Below are positions 39,101 through 50,900 of a stretch of 64,000 bases of DNA, piece by piece. The stretch lies in the NCBI RefSeq assembly GCF_964355755.1, contig NC_092678.1, forward strand, positions 2,062,422-2,126,421, read 5' to 3'. A program made the translations under genes and the position numbers. Within the stretch, counting starts at the first letter, position 1. The number at the start of each line of letters is the position of its first letter. The notes beneath the pieces were generated by a model that worked only from the letters and a program-made list of their open reading frames with translations, was not told the origin of the DNA and searched no databases. The DNA comes from Antedon mediterranea (taxonomy: Eukaryota; Animalia; Echinodermata).

Positions 39101-40767
39101 TTCTTCTCCTGGCCTTCTGATGTAACCTGAAAGAGAGGAAATTGTTCACAAAGTGGTAATATTCATTGAAAAGATTGGATTGAGAAGGAATGTTCTAACA
39201 GATATTTTAACAATACACAGATGTCGAATCTAGTGGTTAAGACAAGGGCACCGCAAACTAATAGCCATGCAAACAGCATGGGTTCAAGGCTCTCCTGTGG
39301 TAGAGCAAGTACATCTTTCTTTTTTCTTTCAGAAGAGTAGGGGTTACTGGTCTGTCTAGACCTTGCCGTTGTGGACAGACAAATAAGTGCGGTCTGTTGG
39401 CGGCTGTACAACACGAACCTTTAGGAGATAAGAAAGTTGCTGCACATGTTGTCCACACCAGTGCGCAATTCAGCCCAGTAGATTATTCCACCACATTTAC
39501 ATTTAATTATGAAAAGTTATGAAATGATGAATATATTCAGTCAACTATCTATTAAAAAGTAATTCCAGAAAAGATTTTCACTGACCTTTAATTGTAGCCA
39601 GCTCAACAACACCTGTCGCAGGTGTTGTTGGTCTTCTGGAGTACTTGCTCTAAATCTAAAACGAAGAATAAAATAGAATTTATTATCAGACACCTACATT
39701 ATATTGTGACATGGATAATAATGTGAGGCAGATTTTGGAAGAATAGAAGATGTACAGTATCATTAGGACACTAAATCTCTGGATAGAGAATGTACTGGTG
39801 AACAACCAGGTATAACAAATTTTGATCTTTCAAGAGGGAAAGTGCATTAGATCTTGTTTTTGGACATTGGCAAAACACTGACTTTAAAGAATAGAAGATG
39901 TAACATTAGAATACTACACCTCTATAGATAAGGGGTGAACAAGGTCATTGACCTTGTTTTCTGACCTCATGGTTAGAATAAGCCATCTGTAAATTCTGCA
40001 CATTAAACTCACCTGTTGCTAATGAAATGTTCTAAGACCTGAAAGCAGAAGAAAGAGACATTTTCATCAGCTGTTCCCTTCAGCAAGGTTTCTCCACAAT
40101 GCTTCCATCCATCTGGTGACAACTTCAGTTGTTCAAAGTAACCAAGAACCTTTAAAAAACATTTTTATCAATTAAAATTATGTATATAAGTATGTATATC
40201 TTTAAAGCTAAACATTCACTTAGATGAATGGGAAGGAGTAGCCCAAAGCACTTGGAGCGCTTATTACTTGGCAAAATGAAATTCATTTTCTAAGTTACCG
40301 TCCTGAATTTTTGGATGTTAATATGTATACTTACAGAACATGCCTATTGATTTTCAGGAAATTGATATTGGTTACCTCTATTAAATAAATAATATTCTAT
40401 TATCCTATCCAAAATATCAAGTAGTGATTCCTCTCTTACCAAATATTTTTTTCCCTGATATATATTTTGTACTTCACTCAGTTTCTGAGTGCTTTCATTA
40501 TTATTATCTATTTCCCAAATAATAAGTGGGTAATTTAATTAAATAATTAAATTATACATTGTTTAATGTGTGTAAATTAAACAGTCTGAAATTGTGCAAG
40601 GTATTTCAAGTATTAGATAAAACTAAAGATTGATGTTGTTAATATTTTTGTTTGTAAATTGCAAAATTATTAAACTTTTGTTTCAATTTCCTTACCTGTG
40701 CCTGTTGGTGTGGATCAGTATAAAGACCAATACCCTGTATTAGTCGAGAATCCATATTGCTCTCCAT
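9209..40767 (-). CDS. XPOT: Exportin-T (tRNA exportin), 19 coding exons
   Basis: Approximate exons: 40696-40767, 40013-40150, 39586-39655, 38908-39127, 37821-38194, 36500-36580, 34784-34940, 34240-34465, 33424-33568, 31674-31724, 29548-29875, 29070-29211, 28323-28607, 27449-27637, 23998-24068, 23537-23695, 10780-10896, 10113-10169, 9209-9235. Spliced translation follows XPOT (YFEQLKLSPDGW, IKNKVAQLF, AIDSEVVDREIVH, GEDEAMFQDYRKQIK, VRSRCSYLFLRFVK, AQKTCFNILKRL, ending TFFQQMRT*). All boundaries GT-AG. Confidence 0.95.
9281..9419. mobile_element. PIF/Harbinger-type MITE (AGGCCAATTTACA family)
   Basis: TIR aggccaatttaca / tgtaaattggcct with TAA on both flanks. Related copies at about 29326-29492 and 44668-44766. 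Confidence 0.75.
10333..10460. repeat. Helentron/HINE-like repeat fragment
   Basis: aactagaaggacactcagagagcgcaaacctccgcc terminus and a gaaaatcgggcaataactttttgagtaatcc body, resembling non-autonomous Helentron-type repeats. Classified from recall only. Confidence 0.4.
11615..14033 (+). mobile_element. MULE (Mutator-like) DNA transposon with defective FLYWCH-MULE transposase
   Basis: TIRs of about 88 bp with internal aaaagccacc repeats and an 8-bp TSD TAAAAATA (11607-11614 / 14034-14041). ORF 11877-12677 has a FLYWCH finger (KLCYDGYLY..WEC..CKG..HNH) and WFMDGTFKT. The C-terminus has PRTNNICESWN. Confidence 0.92.
15415..19420. mobile_element. Non-autonomous Academ-type element with TIRs of about 530 bp
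   Basis: tagtagagcagtta... at 15415 and ...taactgctctacta at 19420, with a 3-bp TSD TAA on both sides. Inverted homology runs about 15415-15945 against about 18895-19420. Confidence 0.82.
16365..18125. repeat. 30-bp minisatellite array
   Basis: Consensus cccttctttgtctgtggatggtcttatacc repeated over about 1.75 kb, including a 479-bp higher-order duplication. Confidence 0.97.
20200..22125. repeat. Complex tandem satellite
   Basis: 21-bp subunit atgtgctatccatttgaaaga in variable copy number, alternating with a cccgataatccgtatagaataatgtacagtac block. Includes a 639-bp higher-order duplication. Confidence 0.95.
24959..25102. mobile_element. MITE of the AGCTCTGTCTACACTATCAAAC family (right end truncated)
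   Basis: Shares TIR and body with copies at about 51676-51790, 52114-52232 and 63100-63264, and with an isolated right end at about 31548-31580. Confidence 0.75.
25300..26001 (+). mobile_element. Harbinger transposon derivative with Myb/SANT-like DNA-binding protein remnant
   Basis: ORF 25535-25777 (KKDNHIYKDISKKI..SPKQVNSKLKSLRKQY..NNSGRERINCPHYD) is trihelix/Myb-SANT-like. It is flanked by inverted ataccgtattt arrays and a gcagaaacaggcc right terminus. Confidence 0.7.
27108..27200 (-). repeat. (AAT)n microsatellite, probably the 3' tail of an L2-type LINE
   Basis: Minus strand reads tgtaaagcacc..ggtgctatataaata followed by (tta)n, like an L2 3' end. Confidence 0.55.
28650..28725 (+). mobile_element. 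tRNA-derived SINE head
   Basis: A-box-like tggtggttaag and B-box ggttcaaatcc with no complete cloverleaf. Similar heads at about 39230-39300 (+) and 50540-50600 (-). Confidence 0.5.
32285..33372. mobile_element. Helentron/HINE-like non-autonomous element
   Basis: aactag terminus next to hairpin actcgtca-ctt-tgacgagt, internal tgacgtca-bearing repeats, and a cata simple repeat near the other end. Confidence 0.5.
35207..36255. mobile_element. Non-autonomous hAT-like element with 5-bp TSD
   Basis: TIR cagtggcggatctagg / cctagatccgccactg, with direct repeat CACGT at 35202-35206 and 36256-36260. Confidence 0.85.
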
Positions 40768-41078
40768 TTCATCTTTTTATGAATACTAAGTAAATATAAA
40801 TAAACACAGTACTATATAAGAGTAAGTCTATTATTAATTTGTCAAGGTCAAGGATTTGTCATGTACAACAATAACAGTATACTGAAAAAAGTAAGCCTAG
40901 GCTGAGCAACTACTTTTGTGTGAAATTTTGATAGTCTCTTGTAGTTGTACCTCTAGGTAGGGCATAGGTCTACATCTAAAATCATAAGCCTACTTCTACC
41001 TAGGCTTATTAAAGATTTGATTATGCTAGTAGTACACTAGCTAAACTAGAGGCCCTAGTTAGCTAGCCTAAAAAATAT

Positions 41079-41786
41079 CCCGTGGCTAAAGATACGGAAC
41101 CGTATTCTAACTTCGGTTTACTAAAGGTACAGTAAAATTACATTACGTCATAATCAGCCAATGGGGCTGTAGAGAATGCCTATCGGCGGCGCCAGGCTGC
41201 ATGGATAAGTGTGCGCTGATAAGGGTTTTATTTTTATTCCAAATGGCCTACAGTATTTAGGCCTATATTTTTTTATTAAATTTTGTTTACAGATGGTGAC
41301 CATAAACAATAAGCAAAGGCGGACAATAAAGGGGCCCTCAAATACTATGATTTAGACAGTAGCCCCAGGGCTGAGTCACAGAAATCACTCCACACATGCA
41401 GCTGGCCCCAGCCTGGCACCGCTTTCCCTACACAAACAAACTCATATAATGAGGTTATAGTATGTGTAAGTCGGCCTAGGCCTCTTTTGAAACGGTTTTC
41501 TGTATTCTAGAATTAAAATCAACATGTTTTGGCTTTTCAATAATAACAGACGTAGGCTACATTTTGTTTTTGGCACACACGACGGCGATAATAGCGATAA
41601 ATAAAGCATAAAATAAAGAAAATGCGGTTGATCACTGTTTTCGAGATATGAAAAAAAATCTAAAGTCCTTATACGATGACGTCACAGGCTTACCAGCACC
41701 CATTGGCTGGTTATGACGTAATGCAATTTTACCGTACCTTTAGCAAACGAAAGTTAGGATACGGTACCGTATCTTTAGCCATGGCG
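41079..41786. mobile_element. MULE-type MITE in XPOT intron 1
   Basis: Imperfect TIRs of about 85 bp (tggctaaagatacgg.. / ..ccgtatctttagcca) and a perfect 9-bp TSD AAAAAATAT (41070-41078 / 41787-41795). Confidence 0.88.
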
Positions 41787-42177
41787 AAAAAATATTTTTA
41801 ATTAAAAAAATATAGTAGTAGGACCTATTATTATGGCTTTATTATGCCATGGTCATTGGGACCGAGTTACGTGAACCACTATTAGTATTAATATTTTCCT
41901 AGAATATAGATATAAAAGCTTACAAATTCAATTTTCCATAGATATTTAGCGATCTAATATTCTAGGCCTATTGAATGCCAACCGGCCGTAAAGGACGAAC
42001 AGTCAATGATGCGCCTACCACCACCCATCCCATCCATCATCATGCATATCTAGCCTACCTAGGCCTAGTACTAGCTGGGCTAGGCCTAGCTATATGCTTC
42101 CGATTTTAACGTTCATAATCTATTTTAGAGGTAATAATTTGCTTCAAAATTATCCTGACAATTAGTTAGTTTTCTAC

Positions 42178-42387
42178 CTGCAATTTAAAGAGTTTACTGT
42201 GCTAATTTTGATGATTTTACCATTATCTTTTGGGCGTAAACACAACACTTGTTCACTATTTTTTTTTCCGTACATGAAACGTGTTTTCCTTTCTATGAAG
42301 CACCCCCTCTATAAGTGATGACACTTTCTGAAATAAGTTTAACAGCGCCCTCAATTAATCCGGCCTTTTCTCCTCGTGGACGCCATT
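42178..42387. promoter_or_regulatory. Putative bidirectional promoter with the XPOT non-coding first exon (minus) and the RPL18A 5'TOP start (plus)
   Basis: Minus-strand donor CAG|gtag at about 42177. Pyrimidine tract cttttctcctc at 42365, 23 nt before the RPL18A ATG. XPOT's ATG exon has an acceptor upstream, so it needs an earlier exon. Confidence 0.6.
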
Positions 42388-44053
42388 ATGTCGTGTAAAG
42401 GACAAGTAAGTCGGGGAATAAATGCTTAATTTTATCAAAAAATATAAATCTTGATTGCCAACGCTCATATCTGTATTTCCTCTAATGTCTATTCTTGAAA
42501 AATAATTAAAAATATTCTGGTTTTGAAATTGTGAAAGCCATTTTTTAATATCGCAATTTGTTCATTCACATTGATTGGATGGAAGCGATCGAATGCAAAT
42601 AATGGAGGAGACTAGCCTAGTCTAGGCGGAGGTCTAGGCCTATCCCAATATAACTAGGCCTAAGTAAGTGGATGGATTGATAACTTTCGCACCTGATTTG
42701 GGTATTAACTGAGGAATACTAAGGCTAGGCCTATATACGTAATTAAATAATAGATAAGCCTAAATGTAGCCAATTCAAAAGCAAATGGACTTTCTTTTCC
42801 CTTTTTCAGTTGCGGGAATTCCATGTGGTGGGGCGCAAATTGCCCACTGAAAAGGAGCCAACTCCTGCCCTCTACAAGATGAGGATATTCGCTCCCAATG
42901 CTATCATTGCAAAGTCTCGTTTTTGGTACTTTACCAACAAATTGAAGAAGTTAAAGAAGTCGCAGGGCGAAGTCTGCAGTTGCAGAAAGGTAATTATAAT
43001 GACTGGATACTATATGGTGTAACAAGCACTGAAAATGCACAAAACTCCCTTGAACTTCCTAGCATCACAGTAGTTTGAGTCTAAAATTGTGCACAAATAA
43101 ATTATCAGTTTTGTCGCCTTTCCTAGCTTAAATGTAGCTTGGAAAGTGAACTAAAAAAACTGAGACAAACAAAGTAAGGAAAACTACTTGGGATTTGCTT
43201 GCCAAAAAGCTTGCTGTTGATGAGTAGCACTAATCACTTTGTTCATTTACAGATTTCAGAGAAACGACCAGGAACCATCAAGAATTTTGGAATCTGGTTG
43301 CGTTACGACTCGCGTAGTGGAACCCACAACATGTACCGCGAGTACCGTGACTTGACCACTGCAAGTGCTGTCACCCAATGCTGTAAGTACTGACGTCACA
43401 ATTGGTTTTATCATCTATATATTTATGTAGAAAAGTATTTATCAAACTGCACATAAACTCCCTTGGACGTACTTGCATCTTCAGTAGTTCAAGTTTTAAA
43501 ATGTGCATATAACAAATTCAATCGGTTTTGTCGCCTTTCCTAACTTGACAATAGTTTGTGGAAGTGAACTAATAAAACTGGTACAATATCATTGAAAAAC
43601 CCCACCCCTAGCTAATCTGTTCAGGGGTTTGCTAGGAGTGAAAAAGAAGTGGCTTCGAGTGGACCTACACTACAGCTATGGTTTACAGGCAAGCGCCAAA
43701 AAAATCAGCTGCTCATAAAGATATTTAAAATTTATGAGAAATCTTATTAATCCATAGATCGTGATATGGGAGCTCGTCATCGTGCGAGATCTCACTCAAT
43801 TCAGATCATGAGAGTTGAACAGATCGCTGCCAGCAAATGCCGCAGATCTCACGTTAAGCAGTTCCACGTAAGTTACACTATTAATTTCCTTTCAACGTGA
43901 AAGTACTACATTTCGTCGAAAATGATTTTTTTTGTATTTACATTTGTATTTGATTTCTTTCAGAACTCCAAGATCAAGTTCCCACTTCCTCACCGTACCA
44001 TGCGTACATACAAACCAGTTTTCACTACCAAGAGACCAAACACATTCTTCTAA
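42388..44053 (+). CDS. RPL18A: 60S ribosomal protein L18a (eL20), 5 exons, 175 aa
   Basis: Exons 42388-42405, 42810-42989, 43253-43382, 43758-43867 and 43964-44053 (528 nt). Motifs [65 protein letters not shown] lies about 20 nt after the stop. Confidence 0.99.
43034..43170 (+). ncRNA. SNORA68: H/ACA snoRNA, SNORA68/U68-like, copy 1 (RPL18A intron 2)
   Basis: Hairpin tgcaca..tgtgca, H box aaataa, second hairpin cagtttt-gtcgc-ctttcc..ggaaag-tgaac..aaaactg, then ACA+3 nt. The pocket gtcgc/tgaac is complementary to 28S rRNA GUUCA-U-A-GCGAC. Confidence 0.88.
43446..43588 (+). ncRNA. SNORA68: H/ACA snoRNA, SNORA68/U68-like, copy 2 (RPL18A intron 3)
   Basis: Paralog of copy 1: tgcacat..atgtgca, H box (atataa/ataaca), cggtttt-gtcgc-ctttcc..ggaag-tgaac..aaaactg, then ACA+3 nt. 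Confidence 0.88.
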
Positions 44054-44900
44054 TGGAATGGTCTACTTTATAAAATAAACATTCAGGCACTGGATATATG
44101 AATAAACTCTCAGATTCAGCTCTGATTATAAAAATAAATGAAAACTAATGACAAAATAATGGTTTGTTTTTTGTGTAGTACAGTAGTAAAGCCAAAGACA
44201 TGCACAGGCCTTTAAAGTATCGCAGTCATCTTCTCCTTCCTTGTCTTCTCTCTCTGGAAAAAAAACCAGATAGCCACAGTTTTGCCATTGACCGTTCATT
44301 GCCGATACTTTTATTTCAGTGATGGACATACCTTACATAGGGCTATACAGTAATTTCATATAATTTAATTATGTATAATATTACAAAAGTCATACAACTA
44401 TTACATTAGTTGAGATACCCAAGTGACATCCATGCATTGCCTATGCTGTTGAGAAAGACTGAAAAAAACCTGGTGCCTGGACGTAAGCTAAACAGGCTGA
44501 ATTGGAAGAAATCATGCTTCAACAAGTCTGGGACTATTAATCAACGTCTGGTATGTTGTATGGAGCACCACTGGCTAAATATCATAAGCCCTCCCTCTAG
44601 ACAACGCCGAGTAAAGAGAAGAATGTACTCAATGATTACAATGCGATGTTGAGTAAAAGTAATATAAAGGCCAATTTACACAGATGCATAGAATCTGTCC
44701 TGGTCGTAAGGAATAACAGATTCTATATTTTTATTACCGTTATCGCTCGTCTGTATCAATCGGCCTTAACTGGAAGTGCTCCATATAAAATACAAGTTTT
44801 TTTTATAGCAACCGAATTCAATGTGAATTGGATATTACTTATTTGTGATGTGAAGCTGTCTGCATTGCGTTTTGCATTCATATTATCCTTTGCTATCATT

Positions 44901-47900
44901 TTAATACTCCTTTGTGAGTGGATGCGCTGATACGTATCCTCTATTTTCACAGATTTCATCAGAGATCCTTTCAATCATTGAGTCTCCATTATGATCTGGC
45001 GCTGAAAATTAAAACAAATATATTACTTAGTGAAACTTCTTACTGTAAGAAATATAGCACAACAGCCTAGTACTTTTTAGGGTTTTTAATAAAGCCTGGC
45101 ATAAACTATATAGCTATCGGCTGAGTCAATGGACAGGAATAACACTTTGCTCACAGTGTGCGCCAGACAATTCGTAAAAATATCTATCGGATTTTTTGTC
45201 ACGTGTCATCTACTCAGAGTGTGCGCCGAAAAAGTCAGCGCGCGCTGTATAGTGTAGTAAGTAATCAGATTGTTTGAAAGCACTCGCATACTGAAGGTGT
45301 TTAGTATGCATCCGATGTGCTAACTTGCACTGATGCGATGGAGCATTGTGACTACATATGTACAGCAATAATATTAATCTAATTAGCTATCCCTTTTTTT
45401 ACCTCAATGACCCAATTAGCTATCCCTTTTTTTACCTCAATGACCCAATTAGCTATCTCTTTTTTGACCGCAATGACCCATGTCAATGAACACTTACCTA
45501 AGGTCAATTGTTTAACATTTTCTAGTACTCTGTCATACGCTTCATTACAAAACACGGTAGCTATCAGATGATCATGATCGTTGTTTTTAATGCCATTGAC
45601 CTTTGCCCTTGTTGCTCTTGACAACACTGCAGTCATACCGTAAATGTCTATGGCAATATCTGCTATCCTTTTTAGTACAAGTTGTTGATTTATAATATCC
45701 TGAAAACAAATTAAGAAGATTGTTTTTATATTAATTGATATGTATTGCATTTTTTTTAATGTTTAAGCGTGGGTGGTTCCCACACAATATACGCAACAAA
45801 AAAAATGCCCTTCCAATAATTTGTGTTTTACCCCGCCTGCGTTAAATCAAACCTGCTTCTTGCGCATCAATGTTAGTTGCCGTAGACTTTAACCTGGTTC
45901 ACACCGAGTACTTGAGTATGCACTGTACTATGGTTTTTAGTGTTCTGTTTTGTGAAATCAAACTGATTTTCCGTAGTGATGTTTGCAGCACTCAACATGG
46001 CTCTCTAGTTGTAATATTTTAACTCTCTTTATTTTCTCCTTTTTCCTAAAGCAACCCTTTGGGGAAGCTTATTTTTTGTGTATATTCACTCCACAGAAAA
46101 GCAGTTATTAAATTGAGGGTGTCCTGTACTAAGGTATGAACAGACTATACAACAAACACCAACCTTTTGGAATTTACTAAGCATAGATTCATTGACATAA
46201 TAAAAGGTACCAATGCATCTTTCAAGTTGCTCTTTCTGTTCCTAAAAAACCAATTACAAATATAATTAGAAAATCCAACATTAAAAAATATAACAAACAT
46301 AATTTTACAGACATATTTAGCAAAGAGCTCTTGCGTTTTATCATAGAATATCCACTCACACATTATATTATATGTAATATATATATTAATATGTATATGT
46401 CACTTCTCTCAATAATTTTCATTATTTTAGATGTGTATATAATGGTAAAAAAGTATTTAGGACTTTTTGGATGTTTGATTTTAGGGAGTTATCGATTTTC
46501 AAAGAGTCTGATATCGGGAGATATTAAATGTAACTCATCTAAAATGCACTAAAACAGAAAAGTTGTTATTGTACCTTAAATGTTGGATGTATTCCAAACT
46601 CCCCAGGCTGTATCAGCATATCTTTCTTCATTCCCAATCTGTATTTCAACCGGTCTATCATGCTAGACCATATAAAGCCTGGATTGGATCCTGGGCTTTT
46701 TAACTTCCTGTAAATAAATGTTACGAGAGTGGGCTGACTTCTTACACTTTCTGAACGTTGTGCCGTTTTCTTTAAATTAAATACGAGACAGATGCATATA
46801 CTAGACCTCCCGTTTTAAGTTCTTATTGATACCTATGATTGGAATGTGCAAATGCCAATTATGGCTGGGATATACAGTACGTACAGTACACCCCTTTCTG
46901 TGGTTGGACTGTTGACCTTTTTTTTTATTATTTAACAAGGCCATTTCATTCTACTATACACCCAGGCAGCTAGTATGACTAACCTGGAGCTGTTAATATT
47001 ATGAGAAGCTGTTTCAGAACAGTCCCGATATTATGACAGAACTAAGATTGAACCAAGGAGTCAAGTCTAACAAGGTAAAGCACCGTGTTACCACCACTAC
47101 TTACTTTAGAGATTCTTTCATCTCTCCACCAGCATACTGGAGACCAGTCAGTGATATGAACATTCTAAGGATCTCATTGGTTCCTTCAAAAATCATCATG
47201 ATCCGACTGTCTCGTAGGTAGCGTTCGTACGGGTAGTCTTTCATGTAGCCTAAACCTCCAAGTATCTGAAGCGCCTGACTCACATGCTCCCAGCATGCTT
47301 CAGAACTATAGATCTGTCAACGAGTTTAAATTACAGTAATATCAAAAGAACTATACAAATTATTACTACGTACTTAACGTACTTATATAACGCACATTTT
47401 ATCATATAATAATCATAATCAGTGAAACAAAAAGTCTCTGTATATTCAACAAAAAATATTTTGTTGGTATTGATGCATGATGCAGCTATTGCCCTGGTAA
47501 ACCGTGGGGAAAGAAAATTAAGAAGATTACACGTATTGTTGACCATGTCGTTGCCACTGCGCTAGGCCGCTAACGCACTCAGACTTGTGCATTATTAGTA
47601 CCTTAACAATGGCAGCTTCTATGGAGCAGTCTTTGTCGCCAGGCTGGTCCATCATGGAGGCTGTTAAAAACGCTGTACTCTCCATCACATATGCTGATAT
47701 GGCCATGCGTGCTATCTTATCCTTAATCATTCCAAAATCTTTCAGTTTGGTCTCAAACTGTTTACGTGTTACAGCATGCTCTACAACTTCACCTGTATGC
47801 AAATTAACCACATGGAGAAATCAGTTGGATAGAGAAAATTCAGCATGTAACTTCATCTGTATGCAAATTAAAACAGTATCATATGGATATAGCACCACAG

Positions 47901-50900
47901 TTAGTGAAGCGTATCTCCTTAGTATTGTGTCACATGTACATTACTTACCAATCAGTGTCCTTATAATACCACCACCAGATGCTCCCATGCTGAAGCGGCC
48001 ATTATTCAAAATGTTCAACGCTAACTTAAAGCCACTGCCGGGCTCTCCAATCATGTTCTCAACTGGAACGGGACAATTTTCAAAATGAACCTCACACGCT
48101 GAAAATAGAAAGTATAAATAAAATATGCATAAAATCAGACCTCCCAACACAAGAGTTCCAGAGATTTCATGTGATTTTCCATCTCCTGTTACATTGTAAT
48201 TTCTCCCAATATGACACACTTAGAGCACATAAAGCATGTGGCATACCTGTTTTTAATAGATGCTGATGCCCAAGATTGTTTTAATAGTGCATTCTATGTT
48301 TGGATGCAACAAAATTGTAGCACCCTCTATGGTTTGGTCTCCATGGGAACTCTATGTTTTGTTAAGTAGTTTCAACTACAAGACTTCACTTACTATTGGA
48401 TCCTCGAATACCCAGTTTGTCCTCAGGTTTCCCACTTGTTACGCCGCCAAACTTTCTTTCAACTATAAAGGCCGATATTTTGTCTTTCTTTCCACCCTAA
48501 ATAAGTAATTGACCATCATTTTAATTATTGAAAACAATAAATAAATAACTACATTTGGATTGAAATGATTAACTACATTTGGAAGAACTACTAGAGGTTA
48601 CTCATTATAAAGATATAAATAAATAATAAAGTTTATGAATATTTTTATGATTTATTTACATTATGATTATTTATTTATTTATTTCGTTTTCTTTTAGTAG
48701 GGTAGCCCTCTCAGTAATAAAATAACTGCTCTTCCGAGGGGCCCTACGGCACATTTAAACAAAATTTGAAAACAACTTAAACTAAACTTAAACTAAAACT
48801 TAAACTAAAACTAAACTTCAATGCATGTTCTCATTATTATTATACTTTTATACCATATTTAAATATATTTCACTGGAACCATCCTAGACCACCGGCAACA
48901 ATAAATGAATCTTAACAAGTGATTTAAAACGGTTATAATTGTTTTGTTTTCTTAATTCATAAGGTAGGCCATTCCAGAGTGAACTTCCATAATAAACAAA
49001 ACTACGTTTGTATATTTCGAGGTTACATCTGGGCAAATACAACAGATTATTTTCATAGTTTCTGGTTTGAATATTGTGTACACTACTAATATATTGCAAA
49101 ACATCACATAAGTATGAAGGTACAGATTCTTGTAAACATCTAAATATTGTACAAATTGTATGATATTCAATTCTTGTCTTAATTGTTAGCCAACCTAAAT
49201 CATAATGCATTTGTCTAACAGGAGTTCGAATATCAGCACCTAGTATTAATCGTGCAGCTCTATTTTGTACCCTTTGCAATTTTAAAATATTGGCGTTTGA
49301 ACCAGTACCCCAGACTGTTGAACAATAGTCAATATGTGATAAAAATAGAGCATTGTATAATCTTTTAATAATTTTAGGAGATGTAAAACTTTTCAATCTA
49401 TAAAATAGATGTAGAATTTTTGATAGTTTTGCACATATAGAATCAATATGTACTTTCCATGAGAGTTGTTCATCAAATGTAAGTCCCAAATATTTAAACG
49501 TTTCAACTTTCTCAATCGGAATATTATCAAAAATTACTGTTTCATCTGTTGTTTTATTAACACGTGCATGAGTACCAAAAAGCATGTATTTGGTTTTATC
49601 AATGTTTAGAGTTAATTTATGTTTATCTAACCATTGTTTTACATTTTCCAACTGTTCAGTTAAAACTGTTGTAAGCTCTTCATTTGATTTACATGCATAA
49701 AAAAGCGCAGTGTCGTCTGCATAGAGGACTGTTTTACAAATCCCATCAACACTATCATGTAAGTCATTTATGTATAAAATAAACAACAAAGGGCCAAGAA
49801 TTGAGCCTTGTGGTACCCCATAGTTGACATTTAAAATTTCAGATTTTTTTCCATTAAAATTAACAAATTGTTTGCGATTTTTTAAATAATTACTGAACAA
49901 TGCAAGCTCAGTGTTTATCATTCCAAAGGTGCATAATTTACGTAATAAAATATCGTGGTCTACCGTATCAAACGCCTTTTTTAGGTCAAGAAAAATTGCT
50001 CCAGTTACCAAGCCATTATCAATATTTTTATATATATAATTGCATACATCTATCAGTGTAGTAGAAGTTGAATGTAACGACCTAAAACCAGATTATGTTT
50101 TATATACCTTATTACCCGCTACTTCTTCTCTTGCAAATACAGTGAACACATCAGCTATGCCGCCATTAGAAATCCAAATCTGCAGAAAAAAGTCAGTCAC
50201 AGTTCCCATGAGAATTTTTGTCGAACTGGGCCATAATATTACAAACAAAACTATTAAAAAAAAAAAATGTCCTCATCTGGAATTTAACTAAGGTCTCAGC
50301 AATAGAAAGCTACATACAGTACATAACCATAGTACCAAACTTAAAATTCACTTCCATAGTGTAACTGAACCTAAATATCTTACTAAGGCTAAACATTTTT
50401 AAAAAATCCCCTTTTTTTGAAAGGGTAGGGGTACAAAATTTATAGTCAAATTTCACGCCACAAACAACAACATATTTGTTTTTAATTAAAACAAAATAAC
50501 AATAGTTTATACAAAATATGTTTTTCTAAATCACCCAAAATAGGACTCGAACCTGGGACTCCACTATTGGAAGGTGAATGCAGACCTATTACACCACATT
50601 TATATTTCCTAGTTTTTAGTGCAATTAAATGTGTTCACACACGGTAATAAGACAGTAATTTAAGAAAAAAAAAGTTATAGTAGAGAAATTATAGAGTAGG
50701 CGGTGGGATGCACACCTCTAATGAAAGTTATTTTTACCTTGCTTCCATTCAGTAGATAAGTCTTGCCATCTGGACTTAATGTTGCTCTTGTTCTTAATGA
50801 TCCTGCATCGCTACCACTGTTAAAAAGAATAAATATTGAGAGTGTGAGGAGGTGTTCAAATTATTCAAAACTGAATCCTAGCATCTTTGGAACCTTATGT

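Noticed and set aside
47585-48088. 167-aa plus-strand ORF
   Set aside because: Antisense to two ACAD9 exons and their intron, with no independent signature.
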